From positions 1-35,656 of the forward strand of contig JBEKXP010000024.1 of NCBI GenBank assembly GCA_049511815.1: a stretch of 35,656 nt of DNA. The letters run 5' to 3'. The DNA comes from Dehalococcoidia bacterium (GTDB lineage: Bacteria; Chloroflexota; Dehalococcoidia; DSTF01; JALHUB01). Below the pieces are notes generated by a model. The model made no database searches. It was not told the origin of the DNA and saw nothing but the letters and a program-made list of their open reading frames with translations. The stretch's first letter is position 1. The number at the start of each line of letters is the position of its first letter. Shown in pieces: positions 22,966-31,488 of the stretch. A program made the translations under genes and the position numbers.

Positions 22966-24285
22966 ATGACAAACCAGGCTATCCCCCCGATGCGGCTCGG
23001 CCGGCCGTTGGCGCGTGGTCTGGAAGTGCTGGCCCGCATGGGCCCGTGGCGGCGGGCGGCGCTGTTCCTGGCCGTCATGGGGCCGGGCCTCATTACCGGC
23101 ATCGTCGACGATGATTCGACAGGGATTGCTGGCTACGCGATTGCCGGTTCACGCTTCGGCTACAACCTCCTCTGGACGCTGGTCCTCGCCGCCGCGGCGC
23201 TTGCGATCGTGGGTGAGATGGCGGCCCGAATGGGCGCTATCACGGGGAAAGGCCTCGGCGAGATAATCCGCGAGCGCTTCGGCGTACGCATCACCTCTTT
23301 CGCGCTCCTCATCCTGCTGGTTGCCAACACCGCTACCGTAATCGCCGAGTTCGCCGGAATTGCCAGCGCTTCGGAGATATTCCACGTTTCGCGCTACATC
23401 ACCGTTCCGTTGGCTGCGCTCCTGGTGTTCGTCGTCGTGGCCTACGGCTCCTACCGGCGAATGGAGAGGGTGCTGCTGGTGTTCTCCGCCGTATCGGTGG
23501 CCTACATCGTCACCGGCTTCCTGGCGCGACCGGATTGGGGCGCCGTCGCGACGCACTCGGTCGTTCCGCACGTCCAGGCGAACCTGGCGTATCTCTCCAT
23601 CCTCATTGGCGTCATCGGCACGACGATAACGCCCTGGCAGCAGTTCTACCTGCAATCGACGGTCGTGGACAAGGGCCTGGGCGAGCGCGAGTTCAAGCTG
23701 GAGCGTCTGGACGTATTCGTCGGGGCGTTCGCGTCGGCGGCCATCGCTTTCTTCATCATCGTGACGACCGCCGCAACCCTGCACGCCCACGCTGAGCCCT
23801 CGGGAACGGTGGAGCAGATAGCGCAGTCACTGCGACCGCTAGCCGGTGACTTCTCGGCCAATCTCTTCGCCGTCGGCCTGCTTAACGCGTCGCTGCTCGC
23901 GGCCGCGGTCCTGCCGCTCACCACGGCCTACGCCGTCTGCGGCGCTTTCGGTTGGGAGCGCAGCGTCAACCTGCCCATCCGCGAGGCGCCCGTGTTCTTC
24001 GGCCTTTTCGGCGGGCTGCTGGTCGTCGGCGCGGCGGCGGTGCTCATCCCGGGAATGCCGCTCCTGGTCCTGCTCCTCATCCCCAACGTCGTCGGCGCCG
24101 TGCTCCTGCCGGTTATCCTCATCCTGATGCTGAAAGTGCTGAACGACTCGAAGATCATGGGTCGCTGGACGAACTCGACGGGCTGGAACGTCGCGGCGTG
24201 GCTCGTGACAGGCGCGCTTATCGCGCTGACTGTCGTTTACGCCTTCACCGCCGTCTTGCAGGCGACGGGCGTCGTTAGCGGCTGA
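22966..24285 (+). CDS. NRAMP-family (SLC11-like) permease with non-canonical metal-site motifs
   Basis: 439 aa with about 11 hydrophobic helices and NRAMP-like TM1 and TM6 regions. TM1 is GPGLITGIVDDDSTGIAGY and TM6 is GVIGTTITPWQQFYLQS. The canonical DPGN and MPH motifs are replaced. It starts 14 nt after the preceding gene. Confidence 0.8.
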   Translation: MTNQAIPPMRLGRPLARGLEVLARMGPWRRAALFLAVMGPGLITGIVDDDSTGIAGYAIAGSRFGYNLLWTLVLAAAALAIVGEMAARMGAITGKGLGEIIRERFGVRITSFALLILLVANTATVIAEFAGIASASEIFHVSRYITVPLAALLVFVVVAYGSYRRMERVLLVFSAVSVAYIVTGFLARPDWGAVATHSVVPHVQANLAYLSILIGVIGTTITPWQQFYLQSTVVDKGLGEREFKLERLDVFVGAFASAAIAFFIIVTTAATLHAHAEPSGTVEQIAQSLRPLAGDFSANLFAVGLLNASLLAAAVLPLTTAYAVCGAFGWERSVNLPIREAPVFFGLFGGLLVVGAAAVLIPGMPLLVLLLIPNVVGAVLLPVILILMLKVLNDSKIMGRWTNSTGWNVAAWLVTGALIALTVVYAFTAVLQATGVVSG

Positions 24286-24339
24286 CGGCGAGTCGTGGTC
24301 GCGCTCGCGAGGCCGCCCCGCAATCCGCGATAACCCCAA

Positions 24340-24368
24340 TTGACGCTCGGTCGTCCCTGGCCGACAAT
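24340..24368 (+). promoter_or_regulatory. Candidate promoter for the zinc-ribbon/His-rich membrane protein gene
   Basis: TTGACG (24340-24345), a 17-nt spacer, then GACAAT (24363-24368), about 80 nt upstream of ATG 24450. Confidence 0.3.
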
Positions 24369-24449
24369 GCCCGAAAGGATCGTCGCGGGTCGTTTGTTGC
24401 AGCGGCTTCGGCGGAGCGATCCGCGAGGCCGGGACGGGAGGAACCTGAG

Positions 24450-25934
24450 ATGGCAGTGCTATGCAAGGAGTGCGGCGCCGAATCGCCGGACGACGGCGTT
24501 TTCTGCGAGCAGTGCGGCCTGAAGCTCGAAAGTCCGGCGGCCGACGCGGTGCCCACGGTGGCCTGTCCAAACTGCGGCACGGCGAACCCGCCCGATAGCG
24601 CTTTCTGCGAAGAATGCGGCGCCGAGATTCCGCCCGACGCCGAAAAGGGCGGACGAAAGCCCGGCTTCCTCGGCTTCGCTGCGAAAGCGGGCCTGGGCGG
24701 GGCTGCCCTTGGAGGCGCTGGCATCGGACTCGCCTCTGTGCTCGGTGGCGGTGGTGGAGGCGGCGTGGCAGGGGCTGCGGGTGGCGCGGCGGCCCAATCA
24801 GGCGCCCAGGCTGCGGCGGAGACGCTCGGCCAGGCGGCGGGACAAGCCGCAGGCGGGGCGGGCGGATCGGCCGGCGGAGCGTCCTCCGGCGCCGCCGCGG
24901 GAGGAGCGCACACAGGCTTGTACGGTGGCGCGCAGGGCGCCGGAACCGCGCCCGGAGGCACAGCACCCGGCGGAACTGCGACCGGCGGAGGCGCGGCAAC
25001 CGGCGGCGGAGCGCCTGGGAGTGGCACGGCCACCGGAGGTGGCGCGCCCGGCGGCACAGCGACCGGCGGCGGTGGCGCACCCGGCGGCGGCGGCGCACCT
25101 GGCGGTACGGCAACCGGCGGCGGCGGAGCGCCCGGAGGCACAACGACCGGCGGTGGAGCGCCCGGAGGCACCACGACGGGCGGCGGACCGCCATCCGGAA
25201 CGACGCACACGGGCCCCGGTTGGGGCCATCCCGCCGACGGGCATGGCCATCGTGGGCATCATGGACATCACGGTCACGGCGGCCATGTTGGCGCTGGCGC
25301 CGGTGCGGGGGCGGCGGCAGGCGGTGGTGGTGGAGGACTGCTCTCCATCGGTGCGCTCATCGGCGCGATCATCAAATGGGGGCTAATCGGTCTCATAACG
25401 CTGGTGGGCCTCGGGATCGGAGCATCCGTCGTTGGGGCGGCGCTCATCTTCACCGGCAACCCCAGCCCTTGCGTCAACCGCCCGATCACGCCGTCGACGG
25501 CGGCGAGTCAGGCGCTGCGCGACCAGTGGAACGCTTTCGAGCAGCAGGCGCTCAGCGGCAGCGCGACGATCACTTTCGACGAGACCGGCGTCACGTCACG
25601 CGGTGTCGAGTACATCAAAGAGAAAGACCTGCCGCTCAAGGACCTGCAGGTCAACTTCTGTCCCGACGGCCTCGGTGAGGCGCGCGGAACGATTGACTCG
25701 CCAGGACGGCCCATTCACGTGCTGCTGCGCGGAACGCTCGACCTGTCGGGCCCGCAGCCGCGCATCGACGTGACGACGATCAAGGCGGGCAATCTTCCCA
25801 GCATCTTCGGCGGCACCGACTGGATAATCACGAACATCATCAAGAAGAGCAACGCCGACATCCTCGACGTGAAGCCGCATCTGACGAAGCTGGTGATAAC
25901 GGACGGCTCAGCGACGCTGACGGGAGGACCTTAG
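24450..25934 (+). CDS. Double zinc-ribbon / Gly-Ala-Thr-rich repeat / His-rich / single-pass membrane protein (unknown function)
   Basis: Two CxxC-x11/12-CxxC ribbons are present (CKECG...CEQCG; CPNCG...CEECG). About 190 aa of low complexity includes GGTATGGGAPGG-type repeats. The His cluster is GHPADGHGHRGHHGHHGHGGH. The hydrophobic segment is LLSIGALIGAIIKWGLIGLITLVGLGIGASVVGAALIF. A non-repetitive C-terminal domain of about 160 aa follows. Third-position GC bias supports this strand over the Pro-rich antisense ORFs. Confidence 0.7.
   Translation: MAVLCKECGAESPDDGVFCEQCGLKLESPAADAVPTVACPNCGTANPPDSAFCEECGAEIPPDAEKGGRKPGFLGFAAKAGLGGAALGGAGIGLASVLGGGGGGGVAGAAGGAAAQSGAQAAAETLGQAAGQAAGGAGGSAGGASSGAAAGGAHTGLYGGAQGAGTAPGGTAPGGTATGGGAATGGGAPGSGTATGGGAPGGTATGGGGAPGGGGAPGGTATGGGGAPGGTTTGGGAPGGTTTGGGPPSGTTHTGPGWGHPADGHGHRGHHGHHGHGGHVGAGAGAGAAAGGGGGGLLSIGALIGAIIKWGLIGLITLVGLGIGASVVGAALIFTGNPSPCVNRPITPSTAASQALRDQWNAFEQQALSGSATITFDETGVTSRGVEYIKEKDLPLKDLQVNFCPDGLGEARGTIDSPGRPIHVLLRGTLDLSGPQPRIDVTTIKAGNLPSIFGGTDWIITNIIKKSNADILDVKPHLTKLVITDGSATLTGGP
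24936..25202 (+). repeat. Imperfect in-frame tandem repeats encoding (G-G-T-A/T-T-G-G-G-A-P)n
   Basis: The protein segment is GTAPGGTAPGGTATGGGAATGGGAPGSGTATGGGAPGGTATGGGGAPGGGGAPGGTATGGGGAPGGTTTGGGAPGGTTTGGGPPSGTT. The DNA units of about 30-36 nt are degenerate. Confidence 0.85.
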
Positions 25935-25947
25935 AAGTCGCAGCCGC

Positions 25948-26616
25948 TCAGATGCGATGCTCTTCCCGCACGACGCGTCGCGCGCCCGCGTGCCAGCTCG
26001 TTCGCCAATCGCGCGCCGGAACGATATCCGCGAGCCTTTCGAGCTGCCCGATAGCTTCCAGCCGCCGGTAGATTAGCTGCCAGGCGCAGGGTCGCTCCGG
26101 GTCGACCTCGCAGCCGTTTTCGCTCGAGCCCGCGCACGGCCCGTTGAGCATGCGCTTGGCGCAGCGGGTGATGGGGCAGATGCCGCCGAAGTCGGCCAGG
26201 ACGCAGGCGCCGCAGCCCAGGCACTTCTCGGTCCAGACCCCCTGCTCTTCGAGGATGCCGATGAACTGCGTGTCGAGCGCAGCGTAGACGGGCTTCTCAG
26301 GGAAGCGCTCCGCTATCGCCTGGACGCCGGCGCCGCAACCGAATGACAGGATCGCTTCGTTGCGGGCCGCCGCGGCCGCCAGGTCGGCGATGAACTCGTT
26401 CTCGCACTGCCGCTCGATAGTCATCTGCTCGATGTCGATTGGTCGGCCTTGCAGGCGTCGCGCCATCCGCATCGCGTACGACATGATGCCGACTTCGCGG
26501 TCGCCGCCGGCAAGACAGACGGTGACGCACGTCCCGCAGCCGACGAACAGCACCTTGTCGTGACGCATGAGCAGACTTCTGACTTCAGCGATTGATTTTC
26601 CGGTTGCGACTATCAT
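25948..26616 (-). CDS. metV: MetV-like subunit (methylene-THF reductase C-terminal-domain protein, Cys-rich)
   Basis: 222 aa. Cys-rich motifs are FVGCGTCVTVC, SFGCGAG, CLGCGACV, GICPITRCAKRMLNGPCAGSSENGCEV. It is the last gene of the hdr/metF operon, overlapping mvhD by 4 nt. Confidence 0.8.
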   Translation of the reverse strand: MIVATGKSIAEVRSLLMRHDKVLFVGCGTCVTVCLAGGDREVGIMSYAMRMARRLQGRPIDIEQMTIERQCENEFIADLAAAAARNEAILSFGCGAGVQAIAERFPEKPVYAALDTQFIGILEEQGVWTEKCLGCGACVLADFGGICPITRCAKRMLNGPCAGSSENGCEVDPERPCAWQLIYRRLEAIGQLERLADIVPARDWRTSWHAGARRVVREEHRI

Positions 26617-27074
26617 TCTTGCCCTCTATTCTCGACCAGCCGCAGCGGGCTGGGCCCCAGCCGCTCGACCGTCTCCACCATCTCCCGCACGCGCGCCACG
26701 AACGTCGGCGCCTCCGACGCGGATAGGTTCACCATGCGCAGCCGCTCGCCGCCGATTCCGATCTCGTCCAGGAGCTTCTGCGCGGCCGCTATGCGACGCT
26801 TCGCCCGCAGGTTCCCCTCGACGAAGTGGCAGCCGCCCTCCAGGCAGCCGGCGATGAGCACGCCGTCGATGCCGTGCTCGAATGCGGCCAGTATCTGCTG
26901 CACCTCCATCTTGCCGCTGCACGGCACGTGGACGATCCGCACGTTCGCCGGATACTGCATGCGCCGGGAGCCGGCCAGGTCGGCGGCGGCGTAGGCGCAG
27001 AAGTTGCAGCAGAACGCCAGAATCTCGCAACGCTGCGTCGCCGGGCCGGCCTTCGTCTCTTCCGTCTCAATCAT
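26613..27074 (-). CDS. mvhD: MvhD/FlpD-like iron-sulfur subunit
   Basis: The MvhD pattern is ILAFCCNFCAYAAADLAG...VRIVHVPCSGKMEV...DGVLIAGCLEGGCHFVEGN. It overlaps the hdrA stop by 8 nt. Confidence 0.88.
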   Translation of the reverse strand: MIETEETKAGPATQRCEILAFCCNFCAYAAADLAGSRRMQYPANVRIVHVPCSGKMEVQQILAAFEHGIDGVLIAGCLEGGCHFVEGNLRAKRRIAAAQKLLDEIGIGGERLRMVNLSASEAPTFVARVREMVETVERLGPSPLRLVENRGQE

Positions 27075-30000
27075 TTCGAATTCCCACCAGCAGCTCGTCC
27101 AGCATGGCCGAGACCTGGCCTTCCTCCTGGTTCTGAAGCTGAATCGCCTGTGCCGGGCAGGCCGCGGCGCAGCTCCCGCATCCCAGGCACTTCGCCGCCT
27201 GTATCGCGACCTTGTGGTCGACCAGGACGGGCGCGCCGTACGGGCACACCTTGACGCAGGTCATGCAGGCCGTGCAGGCGGAGGCGTCGACCTTGGCGAT
27301 CTGGCCGCCGACCTCCAGGTACGGCTTGGAAAGCACGGTCGCCGCCCGGGCGGCCGCCGCCAGCGCCTGCGCAATCGTCTCGTCGACGAAGCGCGGCGAG
27401 TGCGCCAGGCCGCAGACGAAAACGCCCTCGCTGGCCAGGTCGACAGGCCGCAGTTTGGGATGCGCTTCCAGGAAGAAGCCGTCGGCAGTGAGCGACGTGC
27501 GGATGATGGACGATAGCTTCGGATTGTCGGCCGCCGGCGCTATGCCGGTGCTGAGCACGAGCAGGTCCGGCCGCAGGGCAAGCTTTCGCCGCGTTCCGGC
27601 GTCGGTGACGCGCACGGTGAGGCCGCCGTCGTCGCTTGTCACCGGTTCCTCGTCCTCGCGGTAGCGAATGAACAGCACGCCGGCCTGGCGCGCCTTCTGA
27701 TAGTACGTCTCGCGGAAGCCGTAAGTGCGCATGTCTTTCATCAGGACGATGACGCGCGCGTCCGGTCGCGCCGACTTGATCGCCAGGGCGTTCTTCACCG
27801 CTTCGGCGCAGCAGACGCGACTGCAGTAGTTGTTCTCCTCCGTGCGCGAGCCGACGCACTGGATCATCACCACCGTCGGGCTTTCGCCGAGACCTGCCGC
27901 GTCGCCGGCGGCCAGTCGCGCCTCCAGCTCGCGCTGGGTTACCACGCGCTCGTTCTTCCCATGCAGATGCGCCTCGGACGCGCGCTCGACGCCCCCGGTC
28001 GCAATGATCGTGACGCCGTGCGAGATCGTCTCCTCGCGTCCGTTTGACATAACGATGCTCTTGAAGTTGCCGACGTGGCCGTTGAGCTCGAGAAGCTCCG
28101 TGTTGAGATGCGTCCGAATCTGCGGATGCGCCTGCACGCGCTCGATCAGGCCCGCCGCGAACTGCTGAATGTCGTCGCGCTCCAGCGTGTAGTGGAGCTG
28201 GCGCAGGTTGCCGCCGAGGGACTCGGTCTTCTCGACTAGGTGCGTTTCGAAGCCCTGGTCGGCGAGCGAAAGCGCCGCCGTCATGCCCGCCAGGCCGCCG
28301 CCGAGCACCAGCGCCGAGCGCGTTATCGGCAGGCGGCTCCGCTCCAGCGAGCGCAGCATTCGCGCTCGCCCGACCGCCATGCGCATCAGGTCGCAGGCCT
28401 TCTCCGTCGCCTGGACGGGGTCGTCGCGGTGCACCCACGAGCACTGGTCGCGGATGTTCGTCATGGCGAACAGGAACGGGTTCAGGCCGGACTCGCGCAG
28501 CGTCTCCTGGAACAAGGGCTCGTGCGTTCGCGGCGAGCAGGAGGCAACGACGACGCGGTTAAGCCGCTTTTGCTTGATGACCTGCTTTATCGCCTCCTGA
28601 CAGTTGTCGGAGCAGGTGTAGAGATCGGTCTCCGCGTGGACGACGTTGCCCATAGCCGCCGCCTCGCGCTTCACCGCTTCGACGTCGACGACGGAGGCGA
28701 TGTTGTGGCCGCAGTGGCAGATGAACACGCCGACGCGCGGCTCTTCGTCCGTCACGTCGCGCTCCCAGGGGTACTCGTGGCGCGTGACCTGCGTGCCGCG
28801 GCCCTCGCGCAGCAGCTCCATCGCCGCCGCCGCCGCCGCGCTCGCCTGAGCCACCGACTCCGGGATGTCCTTCGGTTCCTGGAACGCGCCGGCGACGAAA
28901 ACGCCGGGTCGAGACGAGACGATGGGCGTCAGACGGTCGGTGCGGCAGAAGCCGAACTCGTCCCGTTCGACGCCGAGACGCCGGGCAAGCTCGCCGGCAC
29001 TGGCTCCGGGCTTGAGGCCGATGGACAGCACCACGAGGTCGAAGTCCTCCAGCTTCTCCGCGCCCTCCTCGTCGAAATAGCGGAGGCTGAGGTCTTTCGA
29101 TCCCGGCCTCTCGACGACGCGCGAGGGGATGGCGCGCACGTAGCGGACGCCGTACTCGCTCTGGGCGCGGCTGACGTAGCGGTCGAATTCCTTGCCGAAA
29201 GCGCGCACGTCGATGCAGAAGACGGCAATCTCTATATTTGGGTCGTGCTCCAGCGCGACCATCGCCTCTTTCGTCGCCGACATGCAGCAGACCGCCGAGC
29301 AGTAGCCGTTGCCGCAGGCGCTGTCGCGGGAGCCGACGCACTGGATGAAGGCGACGCGCCGTACCGGTCCGCCGTCGGACGGGCGGACGAGCGTGCCCTC
29401 CGTCGGGCCGGAGGCGCTGAGCATGCGCTCGAACTGGATGGAGCTGAGGACGTTGGGGTAGCGCCCGTGGCCGTACTCGCCGCGCAGCGATGCCTCGATC
29501 TCCTCCGTCCCCGGCGTCAGGATGACGGCGCCGACCCGCAGCGTCTCCGTCCGCGGCTGCATGTCGTGGACGATGGCGCCCGGGCCGCAGGCTGTCTCGC
29601 AGAGGCGGCAGTCGGAGCAGAGGCCGCAGTTCAGGCAGCGCTGCGCTTCGGCGACCGCCTCGTCCTCCGAGTAGCCGAGGTCGATCTCACGCATGTCGCG
29701 GCGGCGCTCGACGATGGGCGACTGTGGCATGGCGTGTCGCGGCTGGACGGCGGCGGCTGGATTAGGATTCGGCGCTTCTGCCCTGGTGTCGCTATGCTTG
29801 GGCTGAGGCGATGCTCCGCGCAGGTAGTCATGAATCGCCTGGGCCGCGCGATGCCCGTGCGCCATCGCCTCGACGAGCGAGGCCGGACCGAGGACCGCGT
29901 CGCCGCCGGCGAAAACGCCCGGAAGCGAAGTCGAAAGGCAGTCGTCGCAGTCGATGCGCGCGGCGCCGGCGAAAGGAAGGCCTTCCAGGTCGGAGCTCTG

Positions 30001-31488
30001 GCCGATGGCGAGGATGACCGTGTCGGCGTCGAAAACGAAATTGGAGCCTTCGATGGGCTGGGGCCGCCGCCGGCCGCTTTCGTCCGGCTCGCCCAGCTTC
30101 ATGCGCAGGCATTCCAGGCCGGTTACCGCGCCTTCGCCGATAGCGCGCACTGGGTTTGCGAGATAGAGGAATTCGACGCCTTCTTCTTCGGCCAGGCGGA
30201 TCTCTTCGTCCATAGCCGGCATCTCAGCGCGGGAGCGCCGGTAGACGACGGTGACTTTCTCCGCGCCGAGGCGCAGCGCCGTGCGGGAGGCGTCCATCGC
30301 CACGTTGCCGCCGCCGATGACGGCGACTCGCCTGCCGACGGATACGGCCTCGCCCAGGTTCGCCGATTTCAGGAAGTCGAGGCCTTGCACGACGCCCGGC
30401 AGGTCCGCGCCCTCGACGTTCAGCCGTTCGCTGCGGTGAGCGCCGCAGGCGACGAAGAACGCCGCGTATCCTTCCTGGCGCAGGCCGTCCAACGTCACGT
30501 CGCCACCGACGCGACAGCTAAGGCGGACGTCGATGCGGTCGTTCAGCAGGCGGCCGATTTCGAACTCCAGCACGTCGTAAGGCAGGCGGTAGGCGGGCAC
30601 GCCGAGGCGCAGCATCCCGCCCAGGAACGGCAGCGCCTCGATGATCGTCGCGCGGTAGCCCATGCGGCTGAGGTCGTGCGCCGCCGTCAGCCCCGCCGGC
30701 CCGCCGCCGATGACGGCGACCCGCTGCTCGCGCAGCTCCGCAAAGCCTTCCGACGCGTCGTCGCCGAGCTCGTCGCGGTGCGCGTACACCCAGTCGGTAG
30801 CGAAGCGCTTCAGGTCGCGAATGGCGACCGGCGCGTCGATTTCGGCGCGGTTGCACTGCGTCTCGCAGGGGTGCTGGCAGATGCGGCCGCAGACCGCCGG
30901 CAGCGGGCACTGCTCGCGGATGACCTCGTAGGCCTCCTTGAAGCGCCGCTGCCCGATGAGCGCGACGTACGCCTGCGCGTTGACGCCGGCCGGACAGGCC
31001 AGCTTGCACGGCGCCTCTCCGTCGGCCTTGGCGATGGTGAAGGCGTTGGGCACGGCCTGCGGGTACTCACGGAAGATGGCCTTGCGCTGGCCGAGGCCGC
31101 GGTCGAAGGCGCTCTCCAGGCTCACGGGGCAGACCTCCGCGCAGTCGCCGCAGCCGTTGCACTTCGCCAGGTCGACGTAGCGGGCGTTCCGCTTGACGGT
31201 CACGTCGAACCGGCCCGGCTCGCCGCTGATCCCTTCGATCTCGCCCAGCGTGATGATCTCGATGTTCTTGTTGCGCCCGCACTCGACGAGCTTGGGCGAG
31301 AGGATGCACATGGAGCAGTCGCCGGTGGGGAACGTCTTGTCGAGTTGCGGCATGCGGCCGCCGACCGCGGAGGAGCGCTCGACGAGGTAGACCTTGAAGC
31401 CGGAGTCGGCCAGGTCAAGCGACGCTTGTATGCCGGCGATGCCGCCGCCGTAGACGAGAACGGCGCCGCTGGGGCGTTCGTCTGTCAT
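27067..31488 (-). CDS. hdrA: Giant HdrA-family flavo-iron-sulfur protein: HdrA-like module split by a GltD/NfnB-like NAD(P)H module, fused to a second complete HdrA
   Basis: 1473 aa with four modules.
- aa 1-150: FAD fold (VYGGGIAGIQASL) plus CNGCGDCAEVCP.
- aa ~160-560: GltD-like (CKLACPAG...PLPAVCGRICQHPCETQC, VIGGGPAGLTAA, GVPAYRLP, VIGGGNVAMDA, VFAGGD).
- aa ~618-900: CLNCGLCSDCRLCETAC, IQCVGSRD...GYCSAVCC, PGVFVAGAFQEPKDIPESV.
- aa ~918-1473: a full HdrA (VFICHCGHNI, VVVASCSPRTHEPLF, VLGGGLAGMTAAL, IQCVGSRTEENNYCSRVCC, CTACMTCVKVCP, CLGCGSCAAACP). Confidence 0.9.
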   Translation of the reverse strand: MTDERPSGAVLVYGGGIAGIQASLDLADSGFKVYLVERSSAVGGRMPQLDKTFPTGDCSMCILSPKLVECGRNKNIEIITLGEIEGISGEPGRFDVTVKRNARYVDLAKCNGCGDCAEVCPVSLESAFDRGLGQRKAIFREYPQAVPNAFTIAKADGEAPCKLACPAGVNAQAYVALIGQRRFKEAYEVIREQCPLPAVCGRICQHPCETQCNRAEIDAPVAIRDLKRFATDWVYAHRDELGDDASEGFAELREQRVAVIGGGPAGLTAAHDLSRMGYRATIIEALPFLGGMLRLGVPAYRLPYDVLEFEIGRLLNDRIDVRLSCRVGGDVTLDGLRQEGYAAFFVACGAHRSERLNVEGADLPGVVQGLDFLKSANLGEAVSVGRRVAVIGGGNVAMDASRTALRLGAEKVTVVYRRSRAEMPAMDEEIRLAEEEGVEFLYLANPVRAIGEGAVTGLECLRMKLGEPDESGRRRPQPIEGSNFVFDADTVILAIGQSSDLEGLPFAGAARIDCDDCLSTSLPGVFAGGDAVLGPASLVEAMAHGHRAAQAIHDYLRGASPQPKHSDTRAEAPNPNPAAAVQPRHAMPQSPIVERRRDMREIDLGYSEDEAVAEAQRCLNCGLCSDCRLCETACGPGAIVHDMQPRTETLRVGAVILTPGTEEIEASLRGEYGHGRYPNVLSSIQFERMLSASGPTEGTLVRPSDGGPVRRVAFIQCVGSRDSACGNGYCSAVCCMSATKEAMVALEHDPNIEIAVFCIDVRAFGKEFDRYVSRAQSEYGVRYVRAIPSRVVERPGSKDLSLRYFDEEGAEKLEDFDLVVLSIGLKPGASAGELARRLGVERDEFGFCRTDRLTPIVSSRPGVFVAGAFQEPKDIPESVAQASAAAAAAMELLREGRGTQVTRHEYPWERDVTDEEPRVGVFICHCGHNIASVVDVEAVKREAAAMGNVVHAETDLYTCSDNCQEAIKQVIKQKRLNRVVVASCSPRTHEPLFQETLRESGLNPFLFAMTNIRDQCSWVHRDDPVQATEKACDLMRMAVGRARMLRSLERSRLPITRSALVLGGGLAGMTAALSLADQGFETHLVEKTESLGGNLRQLHYTLERDDIQQFAAGLIERVQAHPQIRTHLNTELLELNGHVGNFKSIVMSNGREETISHGVTIIATGGVERASEAHLHGKNERVVTQRELEARLAAGDAAGLGESPTVVMIQCVGSRTEENNYCSRVCCAEAVKNALAIKSARPDARVIVLMKDMRTYGFRETYYQKARQAGVLFIRYREDEEPVTSDDGGLTVRVTDAGTRRKLALRPDLLVLSTGIAPAADNPKLSSIIRTSLTADGFFLEAHPKLRPVDLASEGVFVCGLAHSPRFVDETIAQALAAAARAATVLSKPYLEVGGQIAKVDASACTACMTCVKVCPYGAPVLVDHKVAIQAAKCLGCGSCAAACPAQAIQLQNQEEGQVSAMLDELLVGIRND

